This document shows, one piece after another, positions 58,210 through 64,000 of a stretch of DNA of 64,000 nucleotides. Position 1 is the first letter of the stretch. Every line of letters begins with the position of its first letter. Origin of the DNA: an uncultured Syntrophaceae bacterium (lineage in GTDB: Bacteria; Desulfobacterota; Syntrophia; Syntrophales; UBA2185). The stretch lies in assembly GCA_964541605.1 (NCBI GenBank), contig CAZIQY010000001.1, positions 41,533 through 105,532 of the forward strand, given 5' to 3'. The translations under genes were made by a program, and so were the position numbers. The notes below the pieces were generated by a model. It saw nothing but the letters and a program-made list of their open reading frames with translations. It searched no databases and had not been told where the DNA came from.

Positions 58210-59460
58210 TTATTCAGAAATCCTTTTTATATTGGCGCCGAGTGAGGACAGTTTCTTTTCGATCTTCTGATATCCTCTGTCGATATGATACACCCTGGAC
58301 AGTTCCGTTCTGCCCTCCGCCGCCAGCCCGGCAAGGATCAGGGAAGCCGATGCCCGGAGATCCGTGGCCATCACGGGAGCCCCTCTGAGTTTCGAGACAC
58401 CTTTGACCATGGCGCTGTTCCCCTGAATCACGATATCAGCCCCCATACGCATCAATTCACTCACATGCATAAACCTGTTTTCGAAAACCGTCTCCGTGAT
58501 CACGGAAAGTCCGTTGCCAATGGTCATCATGGCCATGATCTGGGCTTGCAGATCCGTCGGGAAACCGGGGTAGGGAAGAGTTTTTACATCAATGCTTTTG
58601 ATTTTTCTTTTCCCTGCCGCCCTGATACCCCCCTCCACGGGCGTAACGTCCATTCCCGCATCTCTCAGCTTTGCAATCAGGGCGTCCAGGTGTGACGGAT
58701 CGCAGCCCAGTAGTCTGATATCCCCACCCGTAATGCCTGCGGCAATCATGAACGTCCCCGCTTCAATCCGATCCGGCATCACCGCGGCCTCGACGGAATG
58801 CAGACAATCAACGCCGTCTATTCTAATGACATCCGTCCCGGCGCCGGAAATTATTGCACCCATACCGTTCAGCACCTCGGCAAGATTGATGATTTCCGGT
58901 TCTCTGGCCGCATTCTTCAGGACCGTCGTTCCTTCGGCAAGACAGGCAGCCATCATGATATTTTCTGTCCCCGTTACGGTAGAAATGTCAAAATAGATCG
59001 TCGCCCCTTTCAGTTTACTCGCCCTGGCTTCCACATAACCATCTTTTAATTCCACCTCGGCCCCCAAATCCTGGAGGGCCTTGATGTGCAGATTGACGGG
59101 TCTTGCCCCTATGGCACATCCACCCGGAAGAGAAACCCTCGCCATGCCCATCCGCGCGACAAGAGGCCCGAGAACCAGAATGGAGGCTCTCATGGTCTTG
59201 ACCAGGTCATAGGAAGCCTCACAATGGTCTATGGCGTTTGTATTGATTTCTACGGTTGAATCTCCCTCAACCCTGACACCAAAACTTTTCAAAAGCTTCT
59301 TGGTGGTCTTGATATCCACAAGATCAGGAATATTGTGAAAAGTACATGCGCCCGGTGTTAGAAGAGAAGCGACCATGATCGGAAGGGCCGCATTTTTTGC
59401 CCCGCTGATATGAACATCACCGCAAAGCCTCTCACCCCCGGAGATGACAATTTTATCCAT
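58210..59460 (-). CDS. murA: UDP-N-acetylglucosamine 1-carboxyvinyltransferase
   Basis: The start is taken at [24 protein letters not shown] (59460). The active-site loop is [15 protein letters not shown]. Confidence 0.96.
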   Translation of the reverse strand: MDKIVISGGERLCGDVHISGAKNAALPIMVASLLTPGACTFHNIPDLVDIKTTKKLLKSFGVRVEGDSTVEINTNAIDHCEASYDLVKTMRASILVLGPLVARMGMARVSLPGGCAIGARPVNLHIKALQDLGAEVELKDGYVEARASKLKGATIYFDISTVTGTENIMMAACLAEGTTVLKNAAREPEIINLAEVLNGMGAIISGAGTDVIRIDGVDCLHSVEAAVMPDRIEAGTFMIAAGITGGDIRLLGCDPSHLDALIAKLRDAGMDVTPVEGGIRAAGKRKIKSIDVKTLPYPGFPTDLQAQIMAMMTIGNGLSVITETVFENRFMHVSELMRMGADIVIQGNSAMVKGVSKLRGAPVMATDLRASASLILAGLAAEGRTELSRVYHIDRGYQKIEKKLSSLGANIKRISE

Positions 59461-60322
59461 CGATGATCCTTTCCTTCCTTCTCGCTGTAAAGGCCCTCTC
59501 AACACCGGCATAATCGGGAATGAAAGCAATATCATCATAGAGACTCAAGTCTTCCAGTATCTCTACGATCCGGCCTTTGTGCTCTGCCCCCATTTCAAGA
59601 AAAAGCCTGCCTCTTTCCTTTAAATAAAAAACTCCCTGATTCATGATGTCCCGGTGGAATTCCGTTCCTTTCAATCCGGCCACGAGGGCCGATCTGGGTT
59701 CAAACTCTCTGACACCCGGAGGAAGAGATTCGAACTCGTCCTCGGAAATATAGGGTGGATTGGAAACAATAATATCAAATTTTTCAGAAACAGGTTCGAA
59801 AAGTGATCCCCGTCGAAAGGAAATCTGAGGGTCAACACCATTTTCCCGGGCGTTTTTTATCGCAACCAGAAGCGCACCCTGAGAAATATCGGTTGCCACA
59901 ATCCGTGCGTTTTTCAATTCAGATGCCAGCGCCACACTGATGGCGCCGCTGCCCGTACCGATTTCGAGGATCACAAGATGTTTGCAATCCCTGGTTGAAT
60001 ATTCCCTGAGAATCGCTTCAACCAGTATCTCCGTTTCCGGCCTGGGAATAAGAACCTCCCTGCTCACCTCAAAAGAAAGAGACCAGAATTCTTTCTGCCC
60101 GATGATATAGGCGACAGGCTCCCCGGCACGGCGCCTGGCAACCCAGCCGTTAAATTGATGAAGCTCCTCTTCGGTCAGCATCTTTTCCGAATGGGCATAA
60201 AGATTGAGACGATCCGTTTTTAGAAAATGGGATAAAAGAACCTCCGCATCAAGCCTCGGCGTGCCAGAACCATGACGTTTCAGATCCAGTGTCGCGCAGT
60301 TAAGAACGCTCCGGATGTCCAT
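59453..60322 (-). CDS. prmC: peptide chain release factor N5-glutamine methyltransferase
   Basis: 289 aa. AdoMet motif [11 protein letters not shown] and catalytic NPPYI. Located downstream of prfA. Confidence 0.93.
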   Translation of the reverse strand: MDIRSVLNCATLDLKRHGSGTPRLDAEVLLSHFLKTDRLNLYAHSEKMLTEEELHQFNGWVARRRAGEPVAYIIGQKEFWSLSFEVSREVLIPRPETEILVEAILREYSTRDCKHLVILEIGTGSGAISVALASELKNARIVATDISQGALLVAIKNARENGVDPQISFRRGSLFEPVSEKFDIIVSNPPYISEDEFESLPPGVREFEPRSALVAGLKGTEFHRDIMNQGVFYLKERGRLFLEMGAEHKGRIVEILEDLSLYDDIAFIPDYAGVERAFTARRKERIIDG

Positions 60323-60358
60323 GTAGCTTGCACCATGCCCCTAAAACTCTTTTTCCTG

Positions 60359-61429
60359 CTAACCGGTGGACTGTTTCAGGGCTTCAGCCTGGAAATAGGT
60401 CGAGAGGGCATTGATGGCAACCTGAATGTCTCCATCAAGAAAGTTTTCCAGATTGTATAGCGTCAGTCCGATCCGGTGATCCGTCATCCTTCCCTGGGGG
60501 AAATTGTAGGTTCTGATCCGTTCACTCCTGTCTCCGCTCCCCACCTGGCTCTTCCTCGACTCTGAAATTTCGGCATTCTGCTTCTGAACCATCATATCCA
60601 TGAGCCTGGCCCTGAGAACCTTCATTGCCTTGGCCTTATTCTTGTGCTGCGATTTTTCATCCTGACAGGTAACAACCAGCCCCGTAGGAAAGTGGGTGAT
60701 TCTGACGGCTGAGTCCGTCGTATTGACACTCTGCCCGCCATGACCGCTTGAATGGTAGACATCTATCCTCAATTCATTCGGATCAATCTGGACATCAACC
60801 TCCCTTGCCTCCGGCAGAATGGCAACAGTTACAGCGGACGTATGAATCCGGCCCTGTGCCTCAGTCGCAGGAACACGCTGCACCCGATGGACCCCGCTTT
60901 CGTATTTCAATCGGCTGTATGCCCCCTTGCCTTCAATCAGGGCGATAATTTCCTTGAATCCGCCCATGCCGCCCGCGGGATTGCTGCTCACCACATCGAC
61001 CTTCCAGCGACATCTCTCTGCATATCGGGCATACATTCTGAAAAGATCCCCTGCGAACAACCCAGCCTCATCGCCACCCGTTCCCGCTCTGATCTCAAGG
61101 AATACATTCTTTTCATCATTCGGATCTTTGGGAAGAAGGAGACTCCTTAATGCATTCTCCAGTACAGTCAGACGGTCCTTAAGTTGCGGCATCTCTTCCC
61201 TGACAATCTCTTTCAGCTCTTCATCATTTCCATGCAATAAGGCCTGTCCTTCCTCGATGCCTTTCTGCGTTACTTCATATTCTCTGAAGGTTTCCACAAG
61301 GCCACGGAGATCGGAATGCTCCACGGCATACTTCTGATAGAGCGCTTGCTTGTTGACAACATCAGGATCACTCAACAATTTTTCGAGCTCTGTATACCTC
61401 GTCTCAATGTCCTTCAGTTTCTCGAACAT
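60359..61429 (-). CDS. prfA: peptide chain release factor 1
   Basis: 356 aa. RF1-specific PAT tripeptide (RVPATE) and the GGQ motif (SGHGGQSVN). Confidence 0.97.
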   Translation of the reverse strand: MFEKLKDIETRYTELEKLLSDPDVVNKQALYQKYAVEHSDLRGLVETFREYEVTQKGIEEGQALLHGNDEELKEIVREEMPQLKDRLTVLENALRSLLLPKDPNDEKNVFLEIRAGTGGDEAGLFAGDLFRMYARYAERCRWKVDVVSSNPAGGMGGFKEIIALIEGKGAYSRLKYESGVHRVQRVPATEAQGRIHTSAVTVAILPEAREVDVQIDPNELRIDVYHSSGHGGQSVNTTDSAVRITHFPTGLVVTCQDEKSQHKNKAKAMKVLRARLMDMMVQKQNAEISESRKSQVGSGDRSERIRTYNFPQGRMTDHRIGLTLYNLENFLDGDIQVAINALSTYFQAEALKQSTG

Positions 61430-61642
61430 GGTATCCTTAATTTTCGCAATATATTACTTTGGGGGGAAACAGGCGCCGGACACATTGTCCTTTGCATTTA
61501 AATAACGATGCAATCTTAAGGAGAAATGGCTCCCTTAATCATCGACAGGCACCGGCGATAAAAAATGTTCTGTCAGACATTCATTGGTGGCGGGACAAGT
61601 TAAATCCTGAGTGATCGGAATCTGCTTATTTACAAGAAACGC

Positions 61643-61849
61643 TTAAGCGGATTTTTCGGCATACTTCCTTTTAAATCGTTCCACCCTCCCTGCTGCATCA
61701 ACGATCTTCTGTTTCCCTGTCAAGAAGGGATGACATTGGGAACAGATTTCTACTTTAATCTCCTTCTTGGTTGACTTTGTCTTAATTACATTTCCACATA
61801 CACAGGTAATCGTTGTTTCTGCGTATTCCGGGTGAATGCCTTCTTTCAT
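61643..61849 (-). CDS. rpmE: 50S ribosomal protein L31 (zinc-binding type)
   Basis: 68 aa. MKEGIHPEY, with C.CG...and CS.CHPF cysteine pairs. Confidence 0.96.
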   Translation of the reverse strand: MKEGIHPEYAETTITCVCGNVIKTKSTKKEIKVEICSQCHPFLTGKQKIVDAAGRVERFKRKYAEKSA

Positions 61850-61991
61850 GGTAAGTTTCTATCCTCCTTAAAAAACGATGTCCTCTTTTTTTCGCATCTT
61901 ACCACATATATATCAGGTCATGCGGGGGAGGCATTATATACAACCCGATGATAAATTCAAGCTATTTATTTATAAAACCGCACCTGTATCC

Positions 61992-63239
61992 CTATTGATT
62001 CATGGAATTCAGGAAGGCCTGGTTCGTTTCCGTCTTTCTGATCTTGTCCATGATAAATTCCATGGCATCCATGGGATTCATTTCCTGGAGAAGCCTTCTT
62101 AAAATCCAGATCCTGTTGAGATTGGTCTTTGGTATCAGGAGTTCTTCCTTTCTTGTACCTGAACGGATAAGGTCAAAGGCAGGGAATATTCTTCTGTCCG
62201 CGATCCGGCGATCCAGGTGAAGTTCCATGTTTCCCGTTCCCTTGAACTCTTCAAAAATCACTTCATCCATTCGGCTTCCCGTATCGATGAGAGCCGTGGA
62301 GATAATGGTCAGGCTGCCACCGTTTTCAATGTTCCTTGCGGCGCCAAAAAATCTCTTCGGTTTATGCAAGGCGTTGGAATCAACGCCACCGGACAAAACC
62401 TTGCCGCTCGGCGGAACCACTGTATTATATGCCCTGGCAAGCCTGGTAATGCTGTCAAGGAGAATCACCACATCTCTTTTATGTTCAACAAGGCGTTTTG
62501 CCTTCTCAATCACCATTTCAGCAACCTGGACGTGTCTTGTGGCGGGCTCGTCAAAAGTGGATGATACGACCTCTCCATCCACACTCCTTTGCATGTCCGT
62601 CACTTCTTCGGGACGTTCATCGATCAGGAGAACCATCAGAATGACTTCTTTATGATTTGCCCTGATGCTGTGGGCGATATCTTGAAGGAGAACCGTTTTC
62701 CCCGCTCTCGGAGGCGATACGATCAAACCCCTTTGCCCTTTTCCAATGGGTGTAAAAAGGTCCATGATTCTTGTCGATAAATTTTCGGGATCGGATTCAA
62801 GATTCAGCTTCTCCTGCGGATACAGGGGCGTAAGATTATCAAAGAGGATTTTCTCCCTGGATGCCTCCGGCGTTTCAAAATTAACCATATCCACCTTGAG
62901 AAGGGCAAAATATTTTTCGCCATCCTTGGGGGGTCTCACCTCTCCGGAGACGGTATCACCGGTTCTCAGACTGAATCTCCGGATCTGTGAAGGGGAAATG
63001 TAAATGTCATCGGGGCTCGGAAGATAATTATAATCCACAGCCCGAAGAAAACCGAAGCTGTCCGGCAGAATTTCCAAAACTCCTGAGCCGGAAATGACCT
63101 CATTCTTTTCGGCCTGGGACTGCAGGATCGCAAAGATGAGGTCTTGTCTTCTCATGCCGCTTGCGCCTGCAACACTCAAATCCTTGGCAAGATTTGTCAG
63201 TTCACTGATTGGCAATCTTTTGATCTCTTCGATATTCAT
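61992..63239 (-). CDS. rho: transcription termination factor Rho
   Basis: 415 aa. N-terminal L.EL...A, a cold-shock-like RNA-binding domain ([19 protein letters not shown]), Walker A PPRAGKT, and the Q/R loops. Confidence 0.98.
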   Translation of the reverse strand: MNIEEIKRLPISELTNLAKDLSVAGASGMRRQDLIFAILQSQAEKNEVISGSGVLEILPDSFGFLRAVDYNYLPSPDDIYISPSQIRRFSLRTGDTVSGEVRPPKDGEKYFALLKVDMVNFETPEASREKILFDNLTPLYPQEKLNLESDPENLSTRIMDLFTPIGKGQRGLIVSPPRAGKTVLLQDIAHSIRANHKEVILMVLLIDERPEEVTDMQRSVDGEVVSSTFDEPATRHVQVAEMVIEKAKRLVEHKRDVVILLDSITRLARAYNTVVPPSGKVLSGGVDSNALHKPKRFFGAARNIENGGSLTIISTALIDTGSRMDEVIFEEFKGTGNMELHLDRRIADRRIFPAFDLIRSGTRKEELLIPKTNLNRIWILRRLLQEMNPMDAMEFIMDKIRKTETNQAFLNSMNQ

Positions 63240-63519
63240 GATGTGTTCCCTTGAATATTCCTTTCTTTACAAATTCCGAAACCGGAAAAACATTCATGTA
63301 AAATATTTTAATTCCTGATTAAATCGCATTATTTCTTGACGAAGATACGGGGCAGTGGCTCATGCAACGAAATATGAAAGAATACCGTGGATTTATAACA
63401 ATGGGTTGCTCATTTCGAGCTTCAGAAAACGATCCAAAAGGAAGGACTTCTTTTTTACACCTTTCTAAATTTAACTATTCTTTATACCAACCCATGTATC
63501 ATGTCAAGCATTTTTCATC

Positions 63520-64000
63520 TCAGACAGATCTGTTTTCCTTTAACATCATGAAATTGATCTGCCTTCCCGTCTTTCCAGCTTCGCCTCGATGAGAAAAAAA
63601 GATGTCTTTCCGGCAGGATGTGCAGATGTCTGCAGAAAATACATTCTCCGCAGGAATGCCTGCCTGAATCAATTGCCCTCTGTTGGCTGAGGGGAGATCC
63701 AGCATCCATTTTCCCTTTTTTCCGCACGGATTGAACGCGGATTTCCAGCTTCCATCGCCTGCCACCGCACTGAATACGGTCTCATCCACCTCATAGCAGC
63801 AGGGGCCGATTGCCGGACCGATCACGGCGACCATGTCCGCAGAGCGGGAAAAAAATGTTTCCGCAAAGGCTGTCACGGTCTTTGCGGCAATATTCAGAGC
63901 TGTTCCTCTCCAGCCTGCGTGGACAACCCCGATGATCCTTTTCTCCCTGTCTGCCAGAAATACGGGCACACAGTCCGCCGTTTTAATTCCGATGGCCAGG
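63520..64000 (-). CDS. pgeF: YfiH/PgeF (DUF152, laccase-domain) family protein, N-terminus outside window
   Basis: The frame is open to the window edge (…LAIGIKTADCVPVFLADREKRIIGVVHAGWRGT). Also CCYEV, C.SCR..FFSHR. Confidence 0.85.
   Translation of the reverse strand, partial: LAIGIKTADCVPVFLADREKRIIGVVHAGWRGTALNIAAKTVTAFAETFFSRSADMVAVIGPAIGPCCYEVDETVFSAVAGDGSWKSAFNPCGKKGKWMLDLPSANRGQLIQAGIPAENVFSADICTSCRKDIFFSHRGEAGKTGRQINFMMLKENRSV

Noticed and set aside
61560-61582. Weak hairpin plus U-run downstream of rpmE (minus strand) as an intrinsic terminator
   Set aside because: The stem is only 5-6 bp with a wobble pair. It is plausible but not strong enough to list as a feature.
1-64000. Search for CRISPR arrays, rRNA, transposases or IS elements, and an integrase for the island
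   Set aside because: I saw no regularly spaced direct repeats, no rRNA-like sequence, and no DDE-transposase or tyrosine/serine-recombinase ORF on either strand. This was a visual scan only, so short or degenerate elements could have been missed.

Overview
This is a bacterial chromosomal segment. Housekeeping operons lie mostly on the minus strand, and a single plus-strand accessory island interrupts them.

Gene content, left to right:
- 1-5.7 kb: an acyl-CoA metabolism cluster with two acyl-CoA dehydrogenases, an NMO/FabK-like flavoprotein, an acyl-CoA synthetase and hbd.
- 5.9-16.5 kb: NYN protein, holA, LOG, rpsU, carB, hisC, a lipoate-ligase-family gene next to gcvH, an M24 peptidase and a TPR protein.
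- 17.1-28.0 kb: a type IV pilus region. The minor-pilin operon (GspH/FimT-like, pilV, pilW, pilX, pilY1) converges on a pilotin-like TPR lipoprotein gene and pilQPONM.
- 28.1-41.5 kb: ftsB, an XRE regulator, a DUF39 homocysteine-synthesis gene, dut, an M16 peptidase, and the conserved pnp-rpsO-truB-nrnA-rbfA-DUF503-infB-nusA-rimP block.
- 56.9-64.0 kb: hisD, murA, prmC, prfA, rpmE, rho and a partial pgeF.

The main finding is a ~15.1 kb island at 41617-56781. It is bounded by a perfect 31-bp direct repeat made from the 3' end of tRNA-Gly(CCC), and it carries no integrase. It encodes one tightly coupled plus-strand operon that looks like a non-canonical BREX type 3 defence system: HTH, brxF, brxC/pglY, pglXI, pglZ and a brxA-like gene.

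This operon departs from the canonical layout in several ways:
- brxC is split by a frameshift.
- A nested AlbA_2-family gene carries an in-frame amber codon.
- An OLD-family ATPase/Toprim nuclease is nested in the operon and translationally coupled to pglXI.
- The expected BrxHII helicase is absent. In its place are an uncharacterised 319-aa protein with a Mrr-like PD-(D/E)xK nuclease signature and a 68-aa ORF.

Other observations: a well-spaced sigma-54 -24/-12 element upstream of the minor-pilin operon, a nested-palindrome MITE/REP-like element, and a perfect 32-nt palindrome between the convergent pilus operons. No CRISPR array, rRNA or transposase was seen. All functional calls rest on my recognition of motifs in the translations. 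No database search was run.
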